A model generated the notes under the pieces. It worked only from the letters and a program-made list of their open reading frames with translations. It was not told the origin of the DNA and did no database searches. A stretch of DNA of 64,000 nt from Candidatus Latescibacterota bacterium (lineage in GTDB: Bacteria > Latescibacterota > UBA2968): positions 2,148,946 through 2,212,945 of the forward strand of contig OZ253501.1 of NCBI GenBank assembly GCA_965262145.1, given 5' to 3'. A program made the translations under genes and the position numbers. Of the stretch, positions 35,030-44,570 are shown one piece after another (within the stretch, counting starts at the first letter, position 1; every line of letters begins with the position of its first letter).

Positions 35030-35656
35030 CTACAGGCGGAAATACCAGGGTTTGTTTCGTTCTTTCCAGTCTTCGACTTTCTGAAGCGCGACCAAAACAG
35101 AACCCTGAACCTCAGTAAGTTTGGTTTCTGCATCCTGAGCTTGAGCAAGAGCATCTTGGTATTGCCCATTGTCAAGGCTGCCACGTGCATCGCTTATGTT
35201 GGCCTCGGCTTGATTCAGGTCGGCGTTGAGCTGATCGAGATCATCATCCGCGCCTTTCCCCCGAGGTGCCTCACCTAAACCGACCCTGGTCTCTGAAATG
35301 CCGGGCATCACGCGTTCGATAATCGCCTGGGTATCGGCCTCCATTTGCCTATTGGTATCAGCTTCTGATTTGGCGCTATCAGCTAATTCCTGGGCTTCTA
35401 CATAAAGAGGCTCTGCCTCGTCAAATTTATTGAAGAAAAAGAACTTTTTTTCTTCAAACTTCTTGCTGGCACTGTCTATGGCAGCGGTTGCCATACGATA
35501 TGCGGTGGGCGCATAAACCTCTGCTTGAGCTGCCTGGGCTGCGGCATAAGCTGCCTCAGTATCTGCTTTTAATTTTACCAATTGTTCGGAGGGCCCACAA
35601 CCCGTTATGGCAAGTGCCAAAACCAGAACAGTGCAAAGACTTAAAATGGATCTCAT
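35030..35656 (-). CDS. coiled-coil lipoprotein
   Basis: MRSILSLCTVLVLALAITGC has a lipobox; the remainder is helical and Ala/Gln-rich. Start set at the internal Met. Confidence 0.5.
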   Translation of the reverse strand: MRSILSLCTVLVLALAITGCGPSEQLVKLKADTEAAYAAAQAAQAEVYAPTAYRMATAAIDSASKKFEEKKFFFFNKFDEAEPLYVEAQELADSAKSEADTNRQMEADTQAIIERVMPGISETRVGLGEAPRGKGADDDLDQLNADLNQAEANISDARGSLDNGQYQDALAQAQDAETKLTEVQGSVLVALQKVEDWKERNKPWYFRL

Positions 35657-35808
35657 CCTTAGACTCCTTAGTTTGTCGTCAATGAGGACTTTACGCATTG
35701 CTTTCTTTATTGCTTTCTTTGCGGAAGATAAAACACAAATTTCAGCTTGTCAACACCAATTTTGGGATATGGAAATGGCGTTGGGCAGTCGTGTGAGATG
35801 TATTCTGT

Positions 35809-36660
35809 CTATCGCCGTTCACTTTTTTTGTAGAAGAGTTTGTTCAGTGGGCTTTTAGGGTCCGTAAGGTATTTGGCTTCGTCGGGAGTCAGAGCTTTGT
35901 CAAAGATAGCGATTTCGTCGATTTGTCCGGGGTATTTGTAATGATTAAATCGCATCACGAGGGTTTCTATGTCCCAGGTCACATTCTGCTGAAGCGGACC
36001 TATGCGCCCTGCTTCTTTACCATCTATATACAATGCCCATTCTGCGTCGGCCTTGCCGCTGTTGAAGTTAGACCATGTAATCGCAATGTGGTGCCAGTCA
36101 TTTGCACGCCAATTGACTGGCACTGAAATCACGTATTTAGAGACCTCTTCCTCGCCAATTTCCTGTGTTTTGTCGGGATAGCATCCAAATCGGAGCGTGC
36201 CATCTTCTTTTTTGAAATCGACAAATACGACTGCATCATCCCACGGGTATTTTCCGGCAACGGTTTTTCCAATGTGAAAAGGTTCGGGATAGTTGGATTC
36301 AAAGCTGGCGATGTCGGTTTGAAGCCAGAGTGCAATGCTGCCAGACCACGCGCTGTTTGCACTGTAGGCGAGGTTATTTTTACCACTGTAATTGAGTGCG
36401 CCTGCATTTGGGTTAAAAGACAGATACCCGTCGGGATTGCCGCCCTTTGTGATGTGGTTGGTGTTGGCAGTGTCAAAGGTGGCCAACGGATCGCCAAGAC
36501 TGTCGAGGGCATCCACGCCTTTTTCAAAGTTGACAAAAAAAAGTATGTGTGCTCGCAAGCTCTCTTCAATAGCCTTTTCGGGACCACCACAAGCTGTTGT
36601 GATCGCCAAAAATATGACGGTTAGAGTGCCGCGAGATAGATGGGGAAGATGGAATGCCAT
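35809..36660 (-). CDS. lipoprotein with concanavalin-A-like lectin/LamG-type domain
   Basis: Lipobox LAITTACGG. The remaining composition is typical of LamG/laminin-G-like beta-sandwiches. Confidence 0.5.
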   Translation of the reverse strand: MAFHLPHLSRGTLTVIFLAITTACGGPEKAIEESLRAHILFFVNFEKGVDALDSLGDPLATFDTANTNHITKGGNPDGYLSFNPNAGALNYSGKNNLAYSANSAWSGSIALWLQTDIASFESNYPEPFHIGKTVAGKYPWDDAVVFVDFKKEDGTLRFGCYPDKTQEIGEEEVSKYVISVPVNWRANDWHHIAITWSNFNSGKADAEWALYIDGKEAGRIGPLQQNVTWDIETLVMRFNHYKYPGQIDEIAIFDKALTPDEAKYLTDPKSPLNKLFYKKSERR

Positions 36661-36813
36661 GTATGAGGTCTCCTAAAAAAAGAAGTTCAGCGCATTGTGA
36701 AGTTGGGTACTTAAGTTGATATACTCCCAAAACGCGGGTATGTCAATACGAAAATAATGAGATAAAGATAGCTTAAATGCTCGAAAAATCAATAGTGTGT
36801 CTCGGAAATTGTC

Positions 36814-36842
36814 TTGACATCTCACAAGTTATTTATTAGCAT
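36814..36842 (+). promoter_or_regulatory. candidate sigma70-type promoter for the M28-FtsX fusion gene
   Basis: TTGACA, 17-nt spacer, TAGCAT; ~50 nt upstream of the ATG at 36893 (RBS AGGAG). Confidence 0.35.
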
Positions 36843-36892
36843 AAAAATTCAATTCCCCCAATACGTTCGGCATTTTAACAGGAGCCTCCGCG

Positions 36893-39800
36893 ATGCGTAA
36901 AATCGGCACAGGTATTCTCTGGATTATCACGATTTTGATGTTGTCTTCGGTGACCATTTTTAATCCGGGACAGGTGACGGATTTTTTTGTAACGCTCTTT
37001 AATATTAAACCGAGTATTCCCGAACTCAAACCCATTGAAATTTCAGAACGCGATCGGGAAATTCGGTCTGTTGCCGAGTCCCTTAGACAAGAAGATGTGC
37101 ACCAAATCATTGCCGACCTGTCGGGGATGGGGTCTCGGGTGCCCGGCTATGTGGGGCATCGGCGGGCTTTTGAATATGTCAAACAGTATTTTGAGCAAAT
37201 TGGTCTCGAAGACATTGAGGTCGAAGAGCACACGGTAACGGTTCCCATTGACAAAGGTGCTTCACTCACTTTGGCGGATACTGGCGAAGAGATTTCGGTT
37301 TACGGTCTTTGGCCCAACCATATACAAACGCCCTCTGTGCCCAATGCTGGGATTTCGGGGACACTTATTTATGGAGGCAAGGGGGCATTTTCAGAACTCA
37401 ATGGCAAAAAGGTCGAAGGCAGCATTGTCATAATGGATTTCGATTGTGACCAGAGCTATTTAAGCCCGCGTATGCTGGGGGCACAGGCCATTTTATTTTA
37501 TGACAATGGGCGGGTTACACGGGGCCAGGCAATGGATAAGTTTTTGCCCGTGCCCGTTGATGTGCCCCGGTTCTGGGTCGAAAAAGACGATGCTTTGCGC
37601 TTGCTCGAATTGGCCCAAACGCAATCGCCTGAAGTGCTTTTAACGTCGAAGATGGATTGGGAAGAGGTGCCGACCTGGAATATTTTTGCAACCCTTCCCG
37701 GATCCGAAGATTATATTACGGAGCGCGAAGAGCGCAAGTGGAAAGACCAGCAGATTGTGCTGAGTGCTTTTTACGATGCCATTTCCGTTGTACCTGCTCT
37801 CGCGCCGGGTGCTGAAAATGCGTCGGGGATGGCTGCACTTTTGCATACTGCCCGCGTTTTGAAACAGCATCCGCCAAAATATTCGGTGACCTTTTTGGCA
37901 ACTGGTTCTCATTTTCAGGGCCTGTCGGGTATCAATGATTTTGTATATCGCCATTCGCGCGAAAGCGATCATTTCCGCGAGTTGATTCCCGATAGTGTGT
38001 CGGCTGCCGGCGCTTATCTCGATGGCGAACTTATTCCGCGCGACAGCGAAGATTTTGAAGAGCTCATTCCCGGCAGCTATAAAATTGATTTTCGGTTATT
38101 TATCGGGTTAGACCTGTCGAGTGAATCCGACCAGTTGGCGAGCTTTTCTCACGGCACTTTTAACAACCCAAATTGGCAGACAGATAATTATCTGAATAAT
38201 CTGCTGGCGCCTTATGCGGACAAATTCGATAAATATATGGCCAAAGTCTTTTCGGGCGAAGAAGCGCGCCATGTCGATGCGATTGCACCGCCAAAACGCA
38301 CGTGGAAAAATTTTATGCCCATTCGCCTGGGATTCGATAGCGAGGCCGTCACTTTTGTTGGGAAAGAAGGTATTACACTGGCAACGCCATCAACTGTGCG
38401 GCGTTTTGTTGATACGCCCATTGATCGCGTTGAGCATGTCAATATGGACAATTTGACGCGCCAGGTTCAAACGGCGATAGCCGCCATGATGAAAGCGGGT
38501 GAAGATCCCGAGTTTTTCAGGGTATCCAAACTCAAATTGCAAGATCGCGGACACAGTTTGAAAGGGCGCGTGTTGTGGTTTGATCGCAATGTCGATTTCG
38601 CGTTGCCTCGCGTGCCCGTGCCCGGTGGGGTTGCGACGTATCGGCAGCCGGGCAATGTTCACAGTTGTGCGGGGGTGCGGACGCTGATTATTGACAAGAC
38701 GACAGACGGTCCCATTTACGATATCAGATTGGCAAAAAATAAAACAGATGCAGACCCAAACTTGTATGGCGATCCAGATGATGTCAAACAAACGGGAGAG
38801 TTTTTCTTTAATATTATGCGCAATCGGTTTACCAATCGCATTTTGGCTTATGATATTGACGAAGAGGGGAATATTACGTCGGCACCCGACATGGGTTCTG
38901 AGGGCGATAAGAAATTTCCACTGACACAGCGATATGGCTGGTGGGAAAATGAAATGATGACGGTTCTGTTTAAGAGCCGCTCTATCAGTGTTTTTGAAAT
39001 TATCGATTCGAGCTATTTGTCGGCACTTGATTTTATGACAGTGCTCAACGACAACGATACGCAGCCCCTGGAATTTGGCTATACGTATTTGCCGGGGCAA
39101 AGCACCAAAGAGGGCGATGTGACACGCGCTGCAGTGACGTTTGCGCAGGTGGATGAACACACGGGGAAAGCCGAACGGTTGAAAATTTTGATGAGCACGG
39201 GCTTGTTTGGTGTTAAGTATTTGTTGATCAATGCACCCCAGAAGTTTTTGGATAATCCGGTTGATAAACGCATGGTGAATTCCGATCTTCTGGAAGAGGC
39301 GCGAGGTGAAGGGTATGAACCCGGCGTCATTTTCACGCCCTCGTATCAGGCCGCTAGAGATATGTGGGTGATTGACGATGTGCGGATGAAACAGTTGGCG
39401 CAATTTGGTATTGAGAACAATCGCCTTACCCTGTTGCACAACAGTGCGCGCGAGGCACTGATCGAAGCGCGTCAGCACCTTGAAAATTTGGATTACGAAG
39501 GGTTTATGGCCGCATCTCGGCGGGCATGGGGGCTGGAGGCGCGGGGGTATCCCGAAGTGATGGCTACGGCCAATGATACTGTGCGGGGCATTATTTTTTA
39601 TTTTATTTTGTTGTTGCCATTTTCATTTTTCTGCGAGCGGTTGTTGATTGGCGCGTCGAGTATTACCGCGCGCTTGAGCTGGTTTGCTGCGTTTTTTGTG
39701 TTTTTCTTTATTGTTCTGCGCTTTGTCCATCCGGCTTTTCAGTTGAGCAATTCTCCCTATATTATTTTTCTCGCATTTGTGATTATGGCCCTCGGCGGTG

Positions 39801-41740
39801 TGGCAATGGTCATTGTGGTGTCTAAGTTTGGCGATGAAGTTCGCAAAATGAAGCAGGCTTCTGCCGGGACTTATGAAGCCGATGTCGGGCGCATTAGCGC
39901 GACATCGGCCGCGGTTGTGCTGGGCATTTCAAATCTGCGAAAGCGCCCCATGCGCACGGGGCTGACGGCGATTACCTTGACCTTATTGACGTTTACGACC
40001 CTGTCTTTTACCTCGGTGCAGACTTCGTTGAAGTTTTACAAATTGCCCCGCGACAACGAGCCATCTTATCAGGGGGCACTCGTGCGCGACCGATCTTGGC
40101 GCGGGATGCAGGAATCGGTTCTCAATTATCTCAATAGCGCTTTTAAAGGCCGCGCCGATATTGTGCCGCGATCGTGGTATTTGTCACAGGTTCGGGGCGA
40201 GCGCGCTTATGTGAATTTTTCTCGCGTGACAGAGGCCACCGCCGATATGGGTCCCAAGGAGATTTACGTCGATTTCGATGTGGGTATTACCACGGGGAAA
40301 GACAGTTTTGTCAATGCGCTGCTGGGGCTTACGCCAGACGAACCCAAAATTACCGGAGTGGATCGCTATTTGATGAGCGGGCGGTGGTTTGAACCCGGAG
40401 AAGAGTTCGTTTGTCTGGTGCCCAATGATCTGGCCGAACTTGTCGGTATTTTCCCCGAGGATGCTGGCACGGCTAAAATTGAAATGCAGGGGCAGATTTT
40501 TACGGTGATTGGCATTCTCGATTCTGAAATGTTTAACAAATTCAAAGATCTGGATGATGAAAAACTGACCCCTGTTGATACGGTGAAAGAAAAAGACGAT
40601 TTGGCAGATGCACAGGATCAGGACCCGCGGGTCGTCGCGGCTGCGCCTATTGAAACCTTTACCCATTTGGAGTCAACCAATGTGCTCGTTGTGCCCTATG
40701 AGTATATTCGGGATATTGGGGGTGTGTTGGCTTCGGTAGCGATTGCGAATTTTAAGGATGAGAGCGGGCAGCCCAAGTTGAATTTTGTCCCCGACATTGA
40801 AGAGTTTATGGCGCGCGTGTCTTTGACCATGTTTGTGGGCAAGGATAATGGCGTAACCGTTTATAGTTCGATTGGTTCAACGTCGCTTTCTGGATTGGGC
40901 AATTTGTTTATCCCGATCTTGATTGCGGCACTCATTGTGCTCAATACTATGATGGGTGCTGTGTATGAGCGTTTCCGGGAGATTAGTATTTATTCTTCGG
41001 TGGGGTTGGCTCCTAATCATATTGCTGCACTTTTCCTCGCGGAGGCCGGCGTGTTTGCCACACTCGGTGCGGTTATGGGATATTTGATTGGACAAGTGCT
41101 CGTGCTCATACTTTACAATGAGGGATTGTTGGGTGGCCTGGAATTGAATTATTCGTCGCTGTCTGCAATTTCCGCCACGTTGATTGTGATGGCAACGGTA
41201 TTTCTCTCCGCGCTTTATCCAGCGAAAAAAGCCGCGGATATGGCTGTGCCTGATGTGACCCGCAAATGGGAATTTCCCGATCCGGATGGCGATCGGTGGG
41301 TATTTGATTTTCCCTTTACCGTAGGTGGTGCTGAGGTATTGGGCATGTACTCCTATTTGACCCGAGTTTTCGAATCTTATGGCGAGGGATCGGTGGGTGA
41401 TTTTGTTGCAGATCATGTGAAGTTTTGGTCTGAGGATCACGAGGGAGAACCGCAATACAATATTGACCTGACGGCATGGTTAGCGCCTTATGATCTGGGG
41501 ATTAGCCAGGAAGTGCAGTTAAAAGCCATTCCAACAGGTGAGCACAATATTTATAAAATTGAAGTGGTGATCAATCGCTTGAGTGGCGATGTGGCGTCCT
41601 GGAAACGGATCAATCGCGGATTTTTGAATGTGTTGCGAAAGCGATTCCTTGTCTGGCGTACGATTCCGGGTGACATGAAGTTCAATTATGCAGAAGACGG
41701 ACGCCGGGCGTTGTCTGGCGAAGTCGCGGCAATAGCATAA
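36893..41740 (+). CDS. 1615-aa fusion: N-terminal TM anchor + PA/M28 peptidase-like ectodomain, then MacB/FtsX-type permease module and C-terminal extra domain
   Basis: The N-terminal half shows IYGGKG...KVEGSIVIM (PA-domain-like) and ...GAENASGMAALLHTARVL (M28 Zn-site-like). From ~aa 1000, NLRKRPMRTGLTAITLTLLTF is an FtsX N-terminal TM, followed by a periplasmic core domain and ...FIPILIAALIVLNTMMGAVYERFREISIYSSVGL (FtsX domain). Confidence 0.7.
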   Translation: MRKIGTGILWIITILMLSSVTIFNPGQVTDFFVTLFNIKPSIPELKPIEISERDREIRSVAESLRQEDVHQIIADLSGMGSRVPGYVGHRRAFEYVKQYFEQIGLEDIEVEEHTVTVPIDKGASLTLADTGEEISVYGLWPNHIQTPSVPNAGISGTLIYGGKGAFSELNGKKVEGSIVIMDFDCDQSYLSPRMLGAQAILFYDNGRVTRGQAMDKFLPVPVDVPRFWVEKDDALRLLELAQTQSPEVLLTSKMDWEEVPTWNIFATLPGSEDYITEREERKWKDQQIVLSAFYDAISVVPALAPGAENASGMAALLHTARVLKQHPPKYSVTFLATGSHFQGLSGINDFVYRHSRESDHFRELIPDSVSAAGAYLDGELIPRDSEDFEELIPGSYKIDFRLFIGLDLSSESDQLASFSHGTFNNPNWQTDNYLNNLLAPYADKFDKYMAKVFSGEEARHVDAIAPPKRTWKNFMPIRLGFDSEAVTFVGKEGITLATPSTVRRFVDTPIDRVEHVNMDNLTRQVQTAIAAMMKAGEDPEFFRVSKLKLQDRGHSLKGRVLWFDRNVDFALPRVPVPGGVATYRQPGNVHSCAGVRTLIIDKTTDGPIYDIRLAKNKTDADPNLYGDPDDVKQTGEFFFNIMRNRFTNRILAYDIDEEGNITSAPDMGSEGDKKFPLTQRYGWWENEMMTVLFKSRSISVFEIIDSSYLSALDFMTVLNDNDTQPLEFGYTYLPGQSTKEGDVTRAAVTFAQVDEHTGKAERLKILMSTGLFGVKYLLINAPQKFLDNPVDKRMVNSDLLEEARGEGYEPGVIFTPSYQAARDMWVIDDVRMKQLAQFGIENNRLTLLHNSAREALIEARQHLENLDYEGFMAASRRAWGLEARGYPEVMATANDTVRGIIFYFILLLPFSFFCERLLIGASSITARLSWFAAFFVFFFIVLRFVHPAFQLSNSPYIIFLAFVIMALGGVAMVIVVSKFGDEVRKMKQASAGTYEADVGRISATSAAVVLGISNLRKRPMRTGLTAITLTLLTFTTLSFTSVQTSLKFYKLPRDNEPSYQGALVRDRSWRGMQESVLNYLNSAFKGRADIVPRSWYLSQVRGERAYVNFSRVTEATADMGPKEIYVDFDVGITTGKDSFVNALLGLTPDEPKITGVDRYLMSGRWFEPGEEFVCLVPNDLAELVGIFPEDAGTAKIEMQGQIFTVIGILDSEMFNKFKDLDDEKLTPVDTVKEKDDLADAQDQDPRVVAAAPIETFTHLESTNVLVVPYEYIRDIGGVLASVAIANFKDESGQPKLNFVPDIEEFMARVSLTMFVGKDNGVTVYSSIGSTSLSGLGNLFIPILIAALIVLNTMMGAVYERFREISIYSSVGLAPNHIAALFLAEAGVFATLGAVMGYLIGQVLVLILYNEGLLGGLELNYSSLSAISATLIVMATVFLSALYPAKKAADMAVPDVTRKWEFPDPDGDRWVFDFPFTVGGAEVLGMYSYLTRVFESYGEGSVGDFVADHVKFWSEDHEGEPQYNIDLTAWLAPYDLGISQEVQLKAIPTGEHNIYKIEVVINRLSGDVASWKRINRGFLNVLRKRFLVWRTIPGDMKFNYAEDGRRALSGEVAAIA

Positions 41741-41777
41741 CGCGCAGATTTTGTGAATTTCCTTCTGGGAGGCAATT

Positions 41778-43832
41778 TTGGCAACTGAACCACGAGATAC
41801 GGAAGAAACTGAAGAGGATCTGGCCGAATACGAACAGATTATGCCAGAGGACGCGCCCTTTGAAGATGGCTTTGGCTGGAAGACGATATGGGCGACCATG
41901 TTCGTTGGGATTATCATGTTGCCGGGGGCGATTTATTTGGGCCTGGTGACCGGGCAGAGCATGGCTGGCGCGTCTGAGTGGGTGACGATTATTCTCTTTT
42001 TGGAGATTGCCAAGCGATCTTTTGTTCGGCTCAAGACACAGGAAATTTTGATCATCTATTGGGTCGCCGCGGGGCTGTTGGGCATTGGGGTAAAACTCGG
42101 TTCTGGCGCGCACCTGTACGGCGGGCCTTTTGGTGGGTTGATCTGGGATCAGTATTTGATTCAGTCACCCGCAGCGCAAGGTCTGGATAAGTATATTCCG
42201 GGGTGGGTGACGCCGCCTTTGGATTCGCCGGTTTATGCCGAGCGCACGTTTATGCATACCGACTGGCTTTTGCCGGTGTTGATTCTGTTTCTGGCCATGA
42301 TCATCAATCAGACTGCGCGGTTGTCCTTTGGGTATGTGATGTTCCGAATTACCAGCGATATCGAGCAATTGCCTTTCCCGATGGAGCCCGTTCATGCACG
42401 CGGTGTCACCGCACTGGCTGAAACATCGGCCAAAACCGAGGGTTGGCGTTGGCGCGTGTTTAGCACGGGAACGTGTATTGGTCTGGTATGGGGGCTGCTC
42501 TATGTGGTTGTGCCCACGTTGTCGGGCATTTTTCTGACGGAGGTCGTTCAGGTCTTGCCAATTCCATTTATCGATTTTACAGCCGAGGTAAAGACTATAT
42601 TGCCCGCTGCCGTGTTTGGTATAGGGACGGATTTGGGGCATTTGTTGATCGGTTTTGTCCTGCCGTTTTACGTAGTAGTTGGGTCGTTTATCGGTGCTGT
42701 GCTTGCCAATCTGGTGATTAATCCATTGCTTTATACCTACACAGATATTTTGAGCCGGTGGGCACCGGGGATGACGGCGATTCCCGCAAGTATTTCCAAT
42801 CGTTTTGACTTCTGGTTGAGTTTTGGGATCGGAACTTCGATCGTGATCGCGCTCACCGGGTTTTATATGGTGGGTAAAACCCTGTTGGAGCAGCGCAAGG
42901 TGCAACAGGAAACAGGGCATCATTCGGTGAAAATTAGTATGGAGGATTTGCCAGAGGGCCGAGGGGATATACCGATGAAGTGGCCTCTTGTTTTGTGGGT
43001 TATGGGTTCTTTGGCCGCCATTGGTTTGTGCCAGTGGCTCGTACCGGAATTCCACTGGTTATGGCTCGTTTTCTTCGCGTTTATTTATACGCCTGTTTCG
43101 TCTTATATCGGTGCCCGGATGATCGGTCTTACGGGCAGCCCTTATGGGGCGAGCGTTCCCTATATTCGAGAAGCGGCCATTTTCTTATCGGGGTATAAGG
43201 GTGTGGCGGTGTGGTTTGCCCCTATTCCACTGCACGACCACGGGCTGGCCGTGCGGCAGTTTAAGCAACTGGAATTGACCAAAACAAAGATCGGCAGTTA
43301 TATCAAAATGGTGGTGATTACGACATTTGTGATTTTCCTGTGCAGCTTTTTGTTTTATGAGTTTATCTGGCGGTTGGGTCCCATTCCTTCTTCGACATAT
43401 CCCTACGTGCAGTTGTTCTGGCCGTTTGAAGCTACGATGCAAACAATGTGGCTCAAATCGACTTTGCCACCAGGAGAAGTACAGGGTGCTGCTGGTCTGG
43501 AACTGCTGACGGATATTATCAAGCTAAAATATATCATCACTGGTTTGGTGTCGGGTGGGCTTCTCTATCTGACGCTGGTCGCCATCAAGGTTCCCGTGCT
43601 GGCATTTTTCGGTTTTGTGAATGGCCTGGCGCAATGGCCGCACTTTGTCATTTTGAATTTTGCCGGGGCGATGCTGGGGCGATACCATTTTTCCAAGCGG
43701 TTTGGCGAGTCCAAATGGCAGGCTTACGCGCCTATTTTATTGGCGGGTTATTCCTGCGGCATGGGGCTTATTGGCATGACCTCAATTGCCGTCGCTTTGA
43801 TATCCAAAGCCGTGTCTCAGGTTGTTTTCTAA
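41778..43832 (+). CDS. polytopic membrane protein (about 16 TM), possibly an OPT-like transporter
   Basis: 684 aa, very hydrophobic. The start is 37 nt after the fusion gene. Confidence 0.5.
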   Translation: MATEPRDTEETEEDLAEYEQIMPEDAPFEDGFGWKTIWATMFVGIIMLPGAIYLGLVTGQSMAGASEWVTIILFLEIAKRSFVRLKTQEILIIYWVAAGLLGIGVKLGSGAHLYGGPFGGLIWDQYLIQSPAAQGLDKYIPGWVTPPLDSPVYAERTFMHTDWLLPVLILFLAMIINQTARLSFGYVMFRITSDIEQLPFPMEPVHARGVTALAETSAKTEGWRWRVFSTGTCIGLVWGLLYVVVPTLSGIFLTEVVQVLPIPFIDFTAEVKTILPAAVFGIGTDLGHLLIGFVLPFYVVVGSFIGAVLANLVINPLLYTYTDILSRWAPGMTAIPASISNRFDFWLSFGIGTSIVIALTGFYMVGKTLLEQRKVQQETGHHSVKISMEDLPEGRGDIPMKWPLVLWVMGSLAAIGLCQWLVPEFHWLWLVFFAFIYTPVSSYIGARMIGLTGSPYGASVPYIREAAIFLSGYKGVAVWFAPIPLHDHGLAVRQFKQLELTKTKIGSYIKMVVITTFVIFLCSFLFYEFIWRLGPIPSSTYPYVQLFWPFEATMQTMWLKSTLPPGEVQGAAGLELLTDIIKLKYIITGLVSGGLLYLTLVAIKVPVLAFFGFVNGLAQWPHFVILNFAGAMLGRYHFSKRFGESKWQAYAPILLAGYSCGMGLIGMTSIAVALISKAVSQVVF

Positions 43833-43939
43833 GATAAAAAGATTGTGGAACTTTTGTCCGGGCATGTGTCGTCTAATTTTTTGCGATACATGCCCGGATT
43901 TTTATGGGCATTTTTTCAACTTTTTCAAAGGAGCAGGTT

Positions 43940-44446
43940 ATGCAGAGGTTTCGACTCTTCGGTTTTTTGGCAGTGGCAATGCTTATGGCCGCGTCCTGCG
44001 ATGTGTGGGCACAGCCTCAAAGAGGTGGTCAAGGTCAAGGGGAGCGTGGGGGGGCACGCGGGGGCGTTCAGGTGTCGCGTTTTTTGCCAGTTGAACAGGT
44101 GCTGACGTATTTGTTGTTTGATGAGAATGTCGGTTTGAGCGATGAGCAACTCGTCAAGGTGCGCACGTCACTCAAAGGGGTTTATACAAAACGCCAGGAA
44201 TTGCAAAGAAGCCTGCGCGGAAGCAACGATCAGCAGGCGGCGATGCAAAAAGTGCGCGCACTGCGAATGGAAATGACACAGGGCCTGACAGCCATTCTCA
44301 ATGAGGATCAGACAAAGGCATTTCAAGGAGAGATGCAGCGGATGAGCCAGCGCGGGCAGCGCGGGCAGCGCGGGCAAGGGCAGCGCGGAGGTCAAGGTGG
44401 TCAGGGTGGTCGCCGTGGTGGTGGCGGTGGTGGCGGTGGTGAATAG
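43940..44446 (+). CDS. Spy/CpxP-family periplasmic protein (LTxxQ motifs) with Gly/Gln/Arg-rich tail
   Basis: AGGAG lies before the ATG at 43940 and there is a signal peptide. LSDEQLVKV and LNEDQTKAFQ are LTxxQ-type motifs. The C-terminus QRGQRGQRGQGQRGGQGG...GGGGGGGGE is encoded by short tandem repeats. Confidence 0.6.
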   Translation: MQRFRLFGFLAVAMLMAASCDVWAQPQRGGQGQGERGGARGGVQVSRFLPVEQVLTYLLFDENVGLSDEQLVKVRTSLKGVYTKRQELQRSLRGSNDQQAAMQKVRALRMEMTQGLTAILNEDQTKAFQGEMQRMSQRGQRGQRGQGQRGGQGGQGGRRGGGGGGGGE

Positions 44447-44485
44447 CTGAGATGTCCATCTGTCTGTTCTGTGTTGGAGATGTCG

Positions 44486-44526
44486 AAACGCGGGTTTCTT
44501 TGAAAGAAACCCGCGTTTGTTTTTTG
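44486..44526 (+). terminator. Rho-independent terminator after the CpxP-like gene
   Basis: aaacgcgggtttc-tttgaa-agaaacccgcgttt followed by GTTTTTT. Confidence 0.7.
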
Positions 44527-44570
44527 GGTAAGCTTGTTTATAGTGAAAAAATGGGTTACATTATCGCACA

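Noticed and set aside
38390-39478. 362-aa minus-strand ORF inside the M28-FtsX fusion gene
   Set aside because: Antisense to a gene with multiple recognisable domains; the product is His/Arg/Ile-rich low complexity.
42165-43055. 296-aa minus-strand ORF inside the 16-TM membrane protein gene
   Set aside because: Antisense artefact; the product is extremely His/Arg/Pro/Gln-rich, while the plus-strand product has coherent TM periodicity.
44330-44446. Short DNA tandem repeats (cagcgcggg x3; ggtggtggcggt x2) at the end of the CpxP-like gene as a possible independent repeat element
   Set aside because: They are in-frame and simply encode the QRGQRGQRG...GGGGGGGG low-complexity tail; this is not a separate mobile or regulatory repeat.
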